DNA of 64,000 bases from Anolis carolinensis (GCF_035594765.1 NC_085845.1:193022897-193086896), one strand, 5' to 3'; shown: positions 12,641-25,739, counted from the first letter of the stretch. Notes: generated from the sequence alone by a model not told the origin. Numbers and translations: made by a program.

Positions 12641-14068
12641 ATGAGAGAGCTTAATCTGTCCCCAAATGGTCCTCAGCATATTCATGGATCACATCAAAAT
12701 CCATAATTTTGGCCGTTATATCTGCTCCCATTTATATATTTGATCAATTTATATATGAGAATATATGGTAATCTGCTCTTCAAGTTTACCATGATCCAGT
12801 AAAGTAACCCAGGATTATTATCATATTGCAGATGTGAGTGGTTAACCTGGGAGGAAAGTTTGCCCAAGCTCATCATAGCAATTCATGTAAGGAAGAAAAT
12901 TGAATTTGGAGGGGAGAAGTCCTGTTCCCAGCTCTGGATCTTAGTCACTCAAATGTACCAGTTCTTTTCCTGTATAATAGAGAATTTCTTTAAAAAACAA
13001 ACAAAGAGCAGTTGTGGGAGAAGAATGCAGATTTCAGGTGTACCTTTTGTACATCTAGCTTCGGATAGACTCCAGCCCACACCTCATTTAATTGTGATGG
13101 GACAATACAGAATGTTGTGAACACCAGAGTAGTTATTGTGCCAGCTCTAATAATGAGAATTTTCATTGTTTGGGGAGCGCCGTCTCCTACACTCTAGACA
13201 AAAGTGTAATTACTTTTGAACGACGTGGAATGTGCTCGGCTTAAATAGCACGGCAAATAGATTTGCAAAGATTCAGATATGGCTTGCTTAGATGCCATAT
13301 GTGCAGCATGGCAATAAGGCATAGTTAGAACGCAGCATAATTATGCACTTTGGCATACAGACGGCGCATACATACAATTTCACAGTTTAAGCCCAATGCT
13401 GTTGTTTCTCTAAGAGGCGGACCAGCTTCCCAGAAGAAGGCCAGCTCGGTTAAAATAAAGCGAATAATGGTGATCAAAGTTTGCAATTGTCTTGTTTCAA
13501 TGTCTTTCCTTCCCGCATACTAAATTGATATTTATCTTATGATGGAATTATATTGTTGCAGGCATTGTTACGCTGAATGTCATTGCTACAGTAATACTTG
13601 AAAGCAGTTTCCGTACATATAATTTTAGGCTTGTAAACTTCTGCCTTTCAGTTTGTGCACTTACATTGTCTTACAAAATTATTCCCAGAGTTGACTAAAC
13701 AAGCAGTGCAGCCTCTATGCATCAAAGACGACCAGAAATTCTGTAGCCCACCTGCAAAGATTCTACTGTAATTTCAGTTTGGTACAATCTTGCCTTATAC
13801 TAATTGGCCTGAGTAGCAGAAGGTGGTATTCATAGTTCTTCTCAGCCTGACCTTCATGAGAACCTGGTTAAGTCAGGCTTCTTTGAGATCATTTTAATAT
13901 TGCAGATGGGGACTGGTTAAGATGGGAAAAGTTTGCCAAAACCCACCGTATGACTGGCCCAAACCCATTCAGTGGACTTTATGGACATTTGAATCTGGAT
14001 TATTGCAGTATATGTTGGATATTCTAGCCACTGTATCATATTGGCTTCATTTCAACAATATCCAAAGA

Positions 14069-14196
14069 GTTGTTGAAGACTTTCATGGCTGGAATCATTG
14101 GGTTGCTGTGAGTTTTCCGGACTATATGGCCATTTTCCAGAAGCATTCTCTCCTGAAACATGGCCATACAGCCCGGAAAACTCATAGCAACCCAAT
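14069..14196 (-). mobile_element. Penelope-like element, short fold-back remnant
   Basis: Homologous to 57880-58245; ~40-bp inverted arms (14097-14136 / 14157-14196); TSD CAATATCCAAAGA at 14056-14068 and 14193-14205. Confidence 0.85.
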
Positions 14197-14534
14197 ATCC
14201 AAAGATACACAAAACCAATGTCCAGTGGTCAGGGATTTGAAGTTTAACAACCTGAGGGTGGGTGGGCATATTATAGATCCTCTACTTTATTTCAAATGTT
14301 AAGATACTGGAAGTTGTTCCAAAAGTTTAGAAGGCCGATTTCTTGGATTACAGGTCCCAGAACCCATAGTCAACATGCTTATGATTGGTAAATTATCTCA
14401 ACTTCTGCCTTGTCAAGACCAGGACAAATAGCCAAAACTTGGGTTTGTCAATAGGGCTACACTTCCTGCTTGCTACATCTTACATTCCAGTGTTTTGTTG
14501 AACAATTTCTTCTAGATCCAGGGTTGGTTTAGGG

Positions 14535-14657
14535 CAGTGGTTTTCCCAGGTGTTTTGGCCTACAACTACCAAAAATCCCAAGCAGTTTTACCAGCTGTTA
14601 CAATTTCTGGGTGTTGATGGCCAAAACATTTGGGGACCCACAGGTGGAGAGCCACTG
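14535..14657. mobile_element. hAT (Charlie/Buster-type) MITE, degenerate
   Basis: Same family as 22272-22406; CAGTGG...CCACTG termini. Confidence 0.8.
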
Positions 14658-16430
14658 GCTTAGAATGCCTACCAACTTGGTGTGGCCCTAAAATAATATT
14701 TCTGAATTATCCAACTTGGAAGTGGAAATAAATTAATCTATCTAGATTTTTTTTAGACCATATGAGAACTGAACACAGTATGTAATTATTAATAGGAATT
14801 ACAGCCTTGTGCACATTTGATCAATGAAAACGATGAGTTCAATGATATGTACAAAGAATACTATGTAGGTTTCTAAAACACAAACAGACTGACATTCTGC
14901 TGGGAACTACACTACACATGTTCTTTGAGGAGTTATGGGTGACTTTGTATGGTTTATTTAATGGCAGAACATGTTCAAAAATGTAGTCATTTGAAACACA
15001 CACACGTATTTACAGGTATTTCTGTGGTGGGGAGATTGTATGAATTGAGATAGAAAAGCTTAGGAATAGAAAAATGTGAATATCAGTAAGATGAATTTGG
15101 GCAGATTCACACATTCCTTTCTCACCCCCTTTGTGAGTTTGTACTTTTTTTTTAAAAAAATGCAAAGTTCATAGAAAAGATTATTATGCAAAACTCTTAA
15201 CAAGTCTTTGCAGCTGATTGTATTTTTACAAAATGAGAAGATATCATGATGGACTTTTACAATACCATTGAGTGCCCCTGACTAGCCAGGACAAGCCTCT
15301 TCAATGCCCTTTAATGGGTGACTGAAAAGTTTGATGCCCACAAGGACAAATGCATTGGTGAAAGAGGGGTGTGGTTGGTTTGCAGCTTCTTATTGAGGAG
15401 CAATTCTTTGTGAAGCCCAAGCATCTTGTAAAAGGGAGTCATTTGTAATCAGTTAAGCAGAAAATCATCACCTGGAAAGTAAACACCTTGTTTTCTAAAT
15501 GTGCCGGGAACCGTGCCTTTCTCATTGTTTTCAACTATACAGGCACACACCTAATGCAGGAGGGGGAACAATTGAATGACTTCATACCAGAAAATATTTG
15601 TCTTGGAGCCTCTTGTGTCAATATGAGGCAAACGCCTGGCTTACCTCGAAAATAGTGTACAAAGCAATGAGGTGGAAACGTGCACTTCGAAGTCTATCAG
15701 AGTATTTTAATTGCTTAGATTGGGGCAAAGCTACTCTGCCCTACCTGTGCCCCGAATGAGAATATTTCAAATGGGCTACAGGATGAGGAGAGACTGTTTT
15801 GGACCAAAGCTTGGAAACATTGTTTTTTGGCATGTAATCCCCAAAGTCCTCCAATGCCCATGTTAGGAGGAGTGTTTGGGGAGCTGTAGTGCATAAAGTA
15901 ACGTGCCAGAGCTCTGTTCTGATCCCTTTGGTGTAGAAGTGAATGTGGGTGTTAGAGAAAGTGAGTCTGCTGGTTGATCTGGTCCCTATGCCAAATATCA
16001 AGTCACTGCAGAAAACAGCAGACCTGAGTCAAAGCCTTTTCCCTGTAATATCTAGGCACATTTACCAAATCACTATCATATTAGGCTTTCCTTCATCCTT
16101 GTTCCACCTAAATGGTTTCCTTGCCAAGGGAAACATGGAGACCCTGGATGAGTTGATCTAAACATCATGGTTGCAATATGTGGGGTGGAAGTTGATAGCT
16201 ACCATTTTCATCTGTATGAGTGCCACATTTGAATTGTCCCATAGCTGGAAACTTTGTGATTCTGAGCACAAAGGATGACAGGGAATTGTGACAGAAGGGC
16301 AGTGGCAATTACAGGTAGAAATGTTAGGAAGTCATTTAATTGTATTACTTCTGCATAAGATGCTTTGAAGACCACATGTCTCTATAACCCTAAGTTATAG
16401 AGACATATTTTAAAAATAAAGTTAGGAAGT

Positions 16431-17000
16431 TTATTTTATTTATTTATTTACTACATTTATATGCATCTTTTCTCACCCTAAGGGAACTCAAAGCAGTTTC
16501 CAACATTATAAAGGCAAAATTCAATGCATACATAAATGTGAAAACCAAAAGATAATGGCAAGACAATAGCATATAACTATAAATTAATCTAACCAAATTA
16601 AAACATAGACATAAAATAACATTTAGACATAAATCATAAAATTAAATATTGATAATACAATAACATTTATATTAAAACCCACTGATAAACAACACAATTT
16701 AAAAATAGTTATTAAAATCACACCATCCCAAAATCAAGTTCGTAGCCATTCCATTGGCCCATTCACTATTCCTTATTATCTTTGCTGTCCGAAAGCTTGA
16801 TCACATAACCATATTTTTTCTTTCTTCCTGAATGTCAGGAGGGCAGGATCTGCTCTAATTTCACTAGGGAGGGAGTTCCATAGCTGAGGAGCCATCACTG
16901 AGAAGGCCCTGTCTCTCATCCCCACCAGTCGCACTTGCAAAGAAGGTGGGATTGAGAGCAGAGCCTTCCCAGAAGATCTTAATTTCTGAGGTGGATTATA
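16431..17000 (-). mobile_element. L2 LINE 3' fragment
   Basis: (ttat)n tail, tctcaccctaagggaactcaaagcag, and gggagttccatagctgaggagccatcactgagaaggccctg. Confidence 0.75.
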
Positions 17001-17169
17001 GTTGAACCATCAAGGAAGGTCTTTATCCATATGGTTTAGGCAACCAAAGAAAAGAGACAGGCAAACGTACTAAAGGAATGTAAAAGTGGAAAATATAATA
17101 GCGTTCTAATAGCGAATGATTTTCAGTGTCTCTCTGCAATGCAATTATTTGAGATGTAGTAGAGAAGTG

Positions 17170-17416
17170 AAGATAACTAAACTGAGGCTGCTGCAATTTG
17201 GAGTATCTTGTGAAGATGTGACCCACTAGAAAAGGCAATAATGCTTGGTAAGGTGGAAGGCAGTCAGGAAGACCACATTACAGATGGCTAGACTCAATCA
17301 AGGAAGCCTGTGTTTGCAAGACCTGAGCACGGCTATTGATGAACAGGACGATTGGAAGTTTCTCATTCATAGGGTTGCCATAAGTCAAAGTTAACTGGAA
17401 GATAATGAAGAACAAC
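17170..17416 (+). mobile_element. RTE-clade LINE 3' end
   Basis: ataatgcttggtaaggtggaaggc (IMLGKVEG) through catagggttgccataagtc...aacaac tail. Confidence 0.7.
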
Positions 17417-18514
17417 ACATTTTTTCTTTGAGGTAGTGCAGCCGTGTGGCCATTACTAGCAAAGCATGTGATCCTGGACATATTTGCTGAGCAATATCCT
17501 ATAGACTTATCTGGGTCCCAAGGGGACATCCCAGGTAGAATACGTGGTTATGAATTTACAAGCTGCAGAGAAAAAAATCCTGCTATATTTTCTATACCCA
17601 TGCAGCCCCCAAAACACATCCTTGCAGCCACAGAATTTGGGACTCACTTGGCATTCAGTGGACTACTCCATTCCCATGTTAATAATAACATCATCATCTT
17701 GGGAGGAAGGGAAAGAAGTAATAACCGCTGACTCCCATGCACCCAATTAAGAGTTTTCAAAAAACTGTTCTCTTTCTCTTTTCTCTTTCCTACATTGACA
17801 TAACTAGGAAATTCAGCTCTGGGTTTCTGCTTGCCAGTAAAATGCAGTGTACATGTGAGCCGATGAGGCATCCCCTTATGTTTAGTAAGGCCAACAACCT
17901 CTGCGAACCCTGTGAAGCTAACATCACAAGATAAAGCTATTGAGTAGAGTTTGTATCTAAATTAACTGGGGATGACTTTGCCACAGATCCACAAACAATG
18001 CTATCATTATCTATGGGAGTAGGGCTTTGCTTCAGCATCCCTTCCCTATGCTTTGAAAAAAACAACAACAACTCAAGCCAGCCCTAAGGGGAGAATGAGC
18101 TCTGGAAACAGGATTATCTGTTTGCAAGCTGCAGATAGGATGCGGGGGAAAGTCACAGAGAATGCTTGCTGATAATTTGGAACAAGGGCCAATTAAAGTG
18201 CTTTGCATCCAATAATTGTTTCTATTACTCTGGTGACATGATATCCTTTTGATTATTCAACATCATCATCCTGTTAATAATTAATGGTATCTTTTGAAAT
18301 ATAATGATGGTGTATTATGCACAAGGCTAAAAAAGAGTCCCTTTCTCTCAATTCCTCTAAGGGCCTGATCAACAATTCAAGTAAGATGGTATGACTTGGA
18401 TTGAACCCAGTATTTAGGGTAACTTCTTTGTTTACTCACTTTTATGCAGCATTTACTTGGAATCACTGTTACTAAGTTCCACTGTTTTCCAAGTAATCAA
18501 ATAATCATCTAGAA

Positions 18515-18649
18515 CAGTTGTTATCAGTCTTTGGTCCTCCAGGTGTTTAATACTATAGCTCCTGGAATTTCTCACAGTTGGCCAAACTGACTAGGCTTCT
18601 GGGAGTTGAAGTCTCAAGCATCTGGAGCATGAAAGGTTGGGAACTGCTG
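18515..18649. mobile_element. Older hAT MITE
   Basis: Palindromic body like 22272; flanks atcTAgaa / ttcTAgag fit the Charlie target nTCTAGAn. Confidence 0.65.
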
Positions 18650-19112
18650 TTCTAGAGGTTTCCTATTTTTTATTTCTATGTCGATAGTGTATGAATGTAT
18701 GCAGCAGAAAAAGATAAAATGCGATTGCAACACCAACTCATTTGGTGTGGTTTTTTAAAGCTAAAGATGTTCATTGTTCCAGTGTCTTTAAACTGAACGC
18801 ACACACCCCTTGCAAGTTCAAATCATTTCATCACTTCCTCTTGATCCAGACTGAAGATTGAGTGATGAATAGCCTTTCTGAATGACCCTGAATGGGAAGC
18901 TATTTTGTTTTGCTGAATTTAACTGCAAATTTGCTCCAGAACATTTCTTGGGTCTCCAGAACATATTTTGAGAGTGTGGAGGGGGCTCGGTGGAGAGGAG
19001 AGGAAGTGAGTTGTTCCTTCCAGTGGTGTCACTAGGGTTGATGTGTAGCTCATTGTTACACCTCATGAACCTCTTCCCAGAGGGCTCCTATGTATCCCAC
19101 CTGGTTACTAAG

Positions 19113-19437
19113 AGGTAAATGTTTCCCCTGACGTTAAGTCCAGTCATGTCTGACTCTGGGGGTTGGTGCTCATCTCCATTTCTAAGCCGAAGAGCAGGCA
19201 TTGTCCGTAGACACCTCCAAGGTCATGTGGCTGGCATGACTGCATGGAGCACCGTTACCTTCCCGCCGGAGCGGTACCTATTGATCTACTCACATTGGCA
19301 TGTTTTCTAACTGCTAGGTTGGCAGAAGCTGGAGCTAACAGCGGCTGCTCACGCTGCTCCCGGGGTTTGAACCTGGGACCTTTCGGTCTGCAAGTTCAGC
19401 AGCTTAGCACTTTAACACACTTCGCCACTGGGGCTCC
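19113..19437 (-). mobile_element. Sauria SINE, full length, antisense to SOX5
   Basis: Reverse complement of the 10805 copy; 13-bp TSD CACCTGGTTACTA at 19098-19110 and 19442-19454. Confidence 0.96.
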
Positions 19438-19505
19438 TACTCACCTGGTTACTACTCTCATGCAAACCCAGTCCCTTCCTCTTCTAATGTAGCCCCTGCT
19501 ATATT

Positions 19506-19558
19506 TGTAAGCCACCCTGAGTCCCCGTTGGGGAGATGGTGGCGGGGTATAAATAAAG

Positions 19559-19621
<63 letters not shown>
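19506..19621 (+). mobile_element. L2-type 3' end with (TTA)n tail
   Basis: gtaagccaccctgagtccccgttggggagatggtggcggggtataaataaag plus about 20 TTA units; near-identical antisense copy at 37078-37195. Confidence 0.8.
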
Positions 19622-19622
<1 letters not shown>

Positions 19623-20687
19623 TGCTGTTGCAACCAATGCCTTGCCTCCCATCCTTTTTAGTATGGTGCACCTAGCTTTCCTTGACCTTTACTACATTCA
19701 TTACAGTGATGAGGATTTCCTGGCAGTAGGTGAGGGAAGCAAGATTGGCTCCATTTTGGCCATCTTCGCAAGGAAGCTCCACCTGTGAGGAAAGTATCTG
19801 CCATGACTTCCTCCTTCATTGCTGGTGACCATCAAGCATGGATGGTTTCTCCATTGGTTATTTTGGTATCACCTCTTCTAATGATGTCACCTAGAGCAGT
19901 TCATTCCCTCTAGTGATGCTACTTCTCCTTTGGATCATACCCACTCTTAACAACCTGATGTGTTTTCAGAAAGAAATGGAAAAACTCGATGAGCTTGATG
20001 TTTTTTCAGATTTACAAATCTTTAATGGGTTGCCTTATATTGAAGGGAAAGCTCTATGCCTCGTGCCCAATTTCATGAGCTGATCTCCATGCCCCTTTCC
20101 TGTCTGATAGCTCTGGTTGAAGCATTTATTTGGAAGTGTACAGCAGATTTTGTGACTCCGAAATCTACATCATATGTCTTCCTCTATGTTTCTCCATCTG
20201 CATGTCCATGTACATATATCAATACAAAGGGTGCACTCTAAACGAAGCTGTCATACTTAAATCACACTGTCGGTGCTGTAGCTTTAATTCCAGCTTACTT
20301 CTTGATCTGTGTTTAATCCAAACATGCCGGCTGTCTCTGTGCATATCTAGCTTTATGTCTTGGCCCAGCATGCTGTTTCAATGGTTTACCTTTTGGCGTG
20401 TTGCTCTGCGTGTTTTATCATCAGCCATGGGCTAAAGGAGGGAAAAGGACGTGTCAATCAGAATGGGAAATGAAGAATACTTATTTTCTAAATCTGGAGC
20501 ATCTGTCCAACTCCTATGGTGAGAGCAGTTATAGTAAAAATACCTGATATTGTTAGAATTCCCGTGTTGCCTTACTAATGGAGAAATAGGTGACCAGAGC
20601 TTCACAAGTCATGGTTGAAATTCTAGGTTCAGATTTCATTCTAGGCAGCTTTCATTATTTCTGTCTTCTAACTGTATTTGCTGTTTA

Positions 20688-21149
20688 CTTATTTATTTAC
20701 ATTATTTATATTCCGCCCTTCTCACCCCGAAGGGGACTCAGGGTGGATTACAATGAACACATATATGGCAAATATTCAATGCCAACAAACAACATATATA
20801 GACAGACACAGGGGCATTTAACATTTTTTTCCAGATTCACGATTCCGGCCACAGGGGGAGCTGTTGCTTCACTGTCCACTAGTGGCTGTACTTCCTCATT
20901 CCTTTCCTCGTGTTTTGCTGGCAGTTTTATGAAGTTGTAAATTAGTTAAATTAGCCTCCCGCGTAAAGCGTACCTAAATTTCCCTACTTGATAGATGCAA
21001 CTGTCTTTCGGGGCTGCATAGGTCAACAGCAAGCCGGGCTATTTAATGGTCGGGGGCTTAACCCGACCTGGGCTTCGAACTCATGACCTCTCGGTCAGTA
21101 GTGATTTATTGCACCTGGTTACTAGCCAGCTGCGCCACAGCCCGGCCCC
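20688..21149 (-). mobile_element. tRNA-head / L2-tail SINE (Anolis SINE2-like)
   Basis: Minus strand begins ggggccgggctgTGGCGCAGCTGG (A box), then GTTCGAAGCC (B box), and ends ctgagtccccttcggggtgagaagggcggaatataaat (L2 tail). Confidence 0.85.
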
Positions 21150-22271
21150 TGTTGTTATTGTTGTTGTTGGTGATGATGATGATGATAATGATCAGCTCTA
21201 TAATGTACAGTCTGTCTACCTAATCACAAATGCTTAGAATTTGGAAAATTTTTGGAATACAAGCAGCTCACTACATACCATATTTGCAAAGCTGGAGAAA
21301 GATACTGGAGAGGCATGTACTCATACTGAATACTATGCTTGGATTCCTGCCATTGTACAGATCCTCAGTGTCCACCTAGCCTTGCATCTCATACACAACA
21401 CAAGTAGCATATGAGTGAGACACAAGTCTGCAGTGAGACTGAGGATTTCTGAAGACAGGAATCTCTGCCTTCCACATCCATGTCTCTCCAGCTTCACATC
21501 TTATTTGTTCGCTACTTGTGTTGTGTATGAGATGTGAGGTCAGAGACAGGTTGAGGATCTGTGAAATGGTGGGAATCCACACCTCCTGACATTTCACAGA
21601 TTCTCCTGTCTCTCTCTCCATCCTCAAATTTTGTCATGTCTCTCTCCAGCCAATGTCCTCTCTCTGAGGAGCCTACCAGCCTGCCACCTCTACCTTGAGG
21701 AGGAGTGCTGCCGGCACCACTTCGAAGGTCAAAGCATGCGGCTGGTTGCAAAAAGTTTCAGTTGTTGAAAGGATTGAGGATTTCTGCTTTCATGATAAAG
21801 GAGCGGGGCAATCTGTATATTTAAAACAATGACCTAAGACCAATTGGTAGTTTTAACTAAATTAATTAAACTAAATTTTAACTAAATTTAATTAAATCAA
21901 TGGATATAGCAAATCCCTGTTGATTCTTTGTGTCTATTCTTGTTAGGAGTATTAGTTGAAGATATCACACATATCTTTAAGGCTATATTTCAGGGGAAGG
22001 AACTGGCAAAACCACCTCTTAAGTATTCTTTGCCTTAGAAAACCTTATGAATTTAATGAAGTTACTGTAAATCTGCAGGAGACATAAAGGTATATACACC
22101 AACACAGGAAGGGGATACAACTCTGTCATTCAATACATGTATGGCATGCAGAATACCCCAGAATCAGTCCTTAGCAAGTTCCTTTGGAACGGGTCCATAG
22201 GAGCTTGCTAAATCAACACTATTGTAAGTCGAGTTGATTCAGTTGGTCTACTCCAGTTGATTATTGTAGTG

Positions 22272-22406
22272 CAGTGGTTCTCAACCTGTGGGTCCCCAGG
22301 TGTTTTGGCCTACAACTCCCAGAAATCCCATCCACTTTACCAGCTGTTAGGATTTCTGGGAGTTGAAGGCCAAAAGATCTGGGGACCCACAGGTTGAGAA
22401 CGACTG
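22272..22406. mobile_element. hAT (Charlie/Buster-type) palindromic MITE
   Basis: TIR CAGTGGTTCTCAACCTGTGGGTCCCCAG; 8-bp TSD ttgTAgtg / ttcTAgtg. Confidence 0.93.
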
Positions 22407-22833
22407 TTCTAGTGCATCATAAAGAGTGAGGAAGTCAGGCCACGTCCTGGAAGAGTTATTGCCACTCAGAGAAGCTAATATTGGGCTAGATGGACCATGG
22501 GAATCTTCTCCCAAGATGCCCCCTACCTATGGCAGTCCCGCTTTTATAACAAACACTATGGACTATGGAGGGGAAAGAAAGACTTAATACGATACTGTCA
22601 TTTTTTGTAACAGCTTCATAATTTTTATAATTGAAATTCTGCTGTAAAGTAACATATATGCCTAAACAGGCTATAAGTATAGGGGGGAAATCTGTATGTG
22701 TGGCAGGACTTACATTCCATGAACATAGTTACTGTGTAACTGTTTAAATAAAGGACTTTTCCTATCTTGTTGAAAATATATTAATATTGTCTTAGTGCCT
22801 GATGCATATTATTCCTACTTCCATGATCTTTCA

Positions 22834-22962
22834 NNNNNNNNNNNNNNNNNNNNNNNNNNNNNNNNNNNNNNNNNNNNNNNNNNNNNNNNNNNNNNNNNNN
22901 NNNNNNNNNNNNNNNNNNNNNNNNNNNNNNNNNNNNNNNNNNNNNNNNNNNNNNNNNNNNNN
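22834..22962. other. Assembly gap (129 N) truncating a MITE
   Basis: Run of N; the right edge lies inside the MITE left end. Confidence 0.99.
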
Positions 22963-23268
22963 TCCAAGCTAAACGAGCCGGCAGAAGCTTGGATAAGCGG
23001 ATATCTTGGATAATAAGGAGGGATTAAGGAAAAGCCTATTAAACATCAAATTAGGTTATCATTTTACAAATTAAGCACCAAAACATCATGTTATACAACA
23101 AATTTGACAGAAAAAGTAGTTCAATATGCAGTAATGTTGTGTTGTAATTACTGTATTTATGAATTTAGCACCAAAGTATCACGATATATTGAAAACATTG
23201 ACTACAAAAATGGCTTGGATAATCCAGAGGCTTGGATAAGCAAGGCTTGGATAAGTGAGACTCTACTG
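22963..23268 (+). mobile_element. Tc1/mariner (pogo/Tigger-like) MITE, subfamily A, left end in gap
   Basis: Right TIR ttggataagtgagactctactg followed by TA; strand assignment arbitrary within the family. Confidence 0.92.
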
Positions 23269-23270
23269 TA

Positions 23271-23309
<39 letters not shown>

Positions 23310-23324
23310 GGAGAGAGAGAGAGA
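23271..23324. repeat. Compound microsatellite (TG)n(TA)n(GA)n
   Basis: Read directly; abuts the MITE TA target. Confidence 0.95.
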
Positions 23325-24695
23325 AGCATTTTGTCGCTCCAGATTTTCTTGTTTCATGCTGAAAAGACTACACAGCTGACAGCCTTATTTTTTTTAAAGC
23401 CACCCAGCACTCAGAATTCTATCCAGCTTTAAACTCTTATGTTTCTAACCCTGAATATCTCTAAAATGTCTTTACCTAAAACACTTTACGGTTTTTATTA
23501 CCAGGTTTATGCCAGTAATAATATTCGCATCAGCTTTCTTAGGGATAATCTTTCGGCAGAACCCTCGCAAGAAAGGCTTTTGAAAACTATCGTTGCCGGG
23601 AACGCAAATCTCGAAACATGAAACATCGGTCTAATCACCCCTTCTGACAACTTAACATGACAGATTGAAAAATACAAGCCGATATGGAAGCGGGATCAAT
23701 GGATTATCAAAGTCCTAAAACATCTTCTCTGGAGGGGTGGGCGAGCAGGGGGGGAGTGTTTGGGGGCCTGTTGGCATGCATAAGACACTAAGTTTGCATA
23801 GCTTATAATAATGCCGATCCAGGGCTGTCTGACTGGCAGGGAAGTTGAGACAGAGAGAGCGGGAGAGATTTACATGAGAGAACTCAGGGGGCTTTGTCAC
23901 GGCAATTGTATAAAGTGATATACAGTACAAATCGACTCGAGCATGTCCCTGGATAGCAGGCGGTTTACAGCCTCTTCGGCAGAGATTACTGCTTTATCTT
24001 GTCATACTAAATTAACGTGGCAGCGCACTGTTAAACAGTGGTGACCTCTTCATCTGTGAAAATTGCTGCCTAGAGGAAAGATAGTATTTAAGACTCTGTC
24101 TCTGTCTCTCTCATTCTCTCCCTCTCTCTTTTTCTGTTTGTTCTCAGATTTTTTTCCCCCCTTCCCTTAGGGGTCCTGGAGGATATTCAGTTTAGGGTCA
24201 TTGTAGCATTCCAGGGGAGAAGGGGATTCAGACGAAGGAGAGCGTTGGAAGAGAATGATTTTAACATTAAGGTGAAAAGAGCTTGGTGCTAATTGGTCCC
24301 TTGTTTAATTAATAACGGTGCTGTGGCAGGAGATATTATGCCTTTGTTTGGTCACTTTTTGTGTGTATTGGAAAACAAAATATATAGTACTATTCTTTCC
24401 TTCCTTCTTTCTCCACCCTTCTTTTCTTCCTTCTTGATCTGGGTTTTTAAATACTAAAGGATCTGACACAATTATACTTCAATCTTTGTTCTTCCTAGCA
24501 AGGTAGATAGTAGTTTCATAAATTGTGTTGGGAATATTATCTGGTGTAGAGAATGGCCAATCCCTTCCTCTTCTTGGTCTCAAGATACTAATATAAATTC
24601 CTTGTGTTTTGTGTTGCAAATTTCCATGCAGTTTAATTATTTTGTTTTGACTTGTATCCTTCCTTTCTGCCTTGAGTAGGATGCAAGGTGACTTC

Positions 24696-25016
24696 CAGTA
24701 GAGTCTCACTTATCCAAGCCTCGCTTATCCAGTGTTCTGGATTATCCAAGCCATTTTTGTAGTCAATTTTCAATATATCATGATATTTTGGTGCTAAATT
24801 CGTAAATACAGTAATTACAACATAACATTACTGTGTATTGAACTACCTTTTCTGTCAAATTTGTTGTATAACATGATGTTTTTGTGCTTAATTTGTAAAA
24901 TCATAACCTAATTTGATGTTTAATAGGCTTTTCCTTAATCCCTCCTTATTATCCAAGATATTCGCTTATCCAAGGTTCTGCCGGCCCGTTTAGCTTGGAT
25001 AAGTGAGACTCTATTG
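24696..25016 (-). mobile_element. Tc1/mariner MITE, subfamily A, opposite orientation
   Basis: TIRs cagtagagtctcacttatccaa / ttggataagtgagactctattg + TA. Confidence 0.93.
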
Positions 25017-25184
25017 TACTTTGTTTTTTTAAGGAAGACAATCAGTTATTTGAGGGAAGGGGAGGGTTGTTTTCCCCAGTTCCCTATTATCCTCACTAAT
25101 CTGTCTCAGTTGCAGCATAGATTACCACCTCTGAGTGAGTAGCTAGGAAGCATTTCTATTTTAACTGAAAATGTGTGTCTGTCT

Positions 25185-25355
25185 GCCTTAAGTTGCCATA
25201 AGTCCACCTCTGAGAGAGTTTGGCATTGCCTTTCTCTGAGGCTCAGAGAATGAGACTTGATGATGGTCAGACAGTGGATTTCTATAGCTAAGATGGGATT
25301 CAAGCCCTGGTGTCACAAAGTCTTAGTTCAATGCTCAAATTGCTACACCATGTTT
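25185..25355 (-). mobile_element. Old tRNA/CORE-like SINE
   Basis: tctgagggctcagagaatgagacttg...gggattcaagccctgg...gctacaccatg is antisense to the 2882 family. Confidence 0.5.
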
Positions 25356-25454
25356 GCTCCACACTTGATTCATAGACTCCACTACAGCCAGCTCTCTGCA
25401 TTTCCTGGGGTTAGGGGCACAGTGGAAAAATGGTGAATTAACATGCATTATGTA

Positions 25455-25739
25455 ACCACTGAGCTGCAGGACTTGCTGACTGAAAGAGAAGTGGAGTGAG
25501 CTCCTGTTGTTAGCCCCAGCTTCTGCCAACCTAGCAGTTTGAAACATGCAAATGTGAGTAGATCAATAGGTACCGCTCCGGTGGGAAGGTAATGATACTC
25601 CATACAGTCATGCAGGCCACATGACCTAGGTGTCTATGGACAACGCCGGCTCTTTGGCTTAGAAATAGAGATGATTACCCCCCTCCCCAGAGTCGGACTC
25701 ACGTAGACTTAATGTCAAGGGGAAACCTTTATCTTTACC
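25455..25739 (+). mobile_element. Sauria SINE, older, 5'-truncated with internal deletion
   Basis: ccactgagctgc...ttagccccagcttctgccaacc...ggaaacctttatctttacc. Confidence 0.9.

Noticed and set aside
19021-19924. hAT-like element enclosing the 19113 SINE (cagtggtgtcactag ... ctagtgatgctact)
   Set aside because: TIR match too degenerate and no clear TSD; not supportable without a library search.
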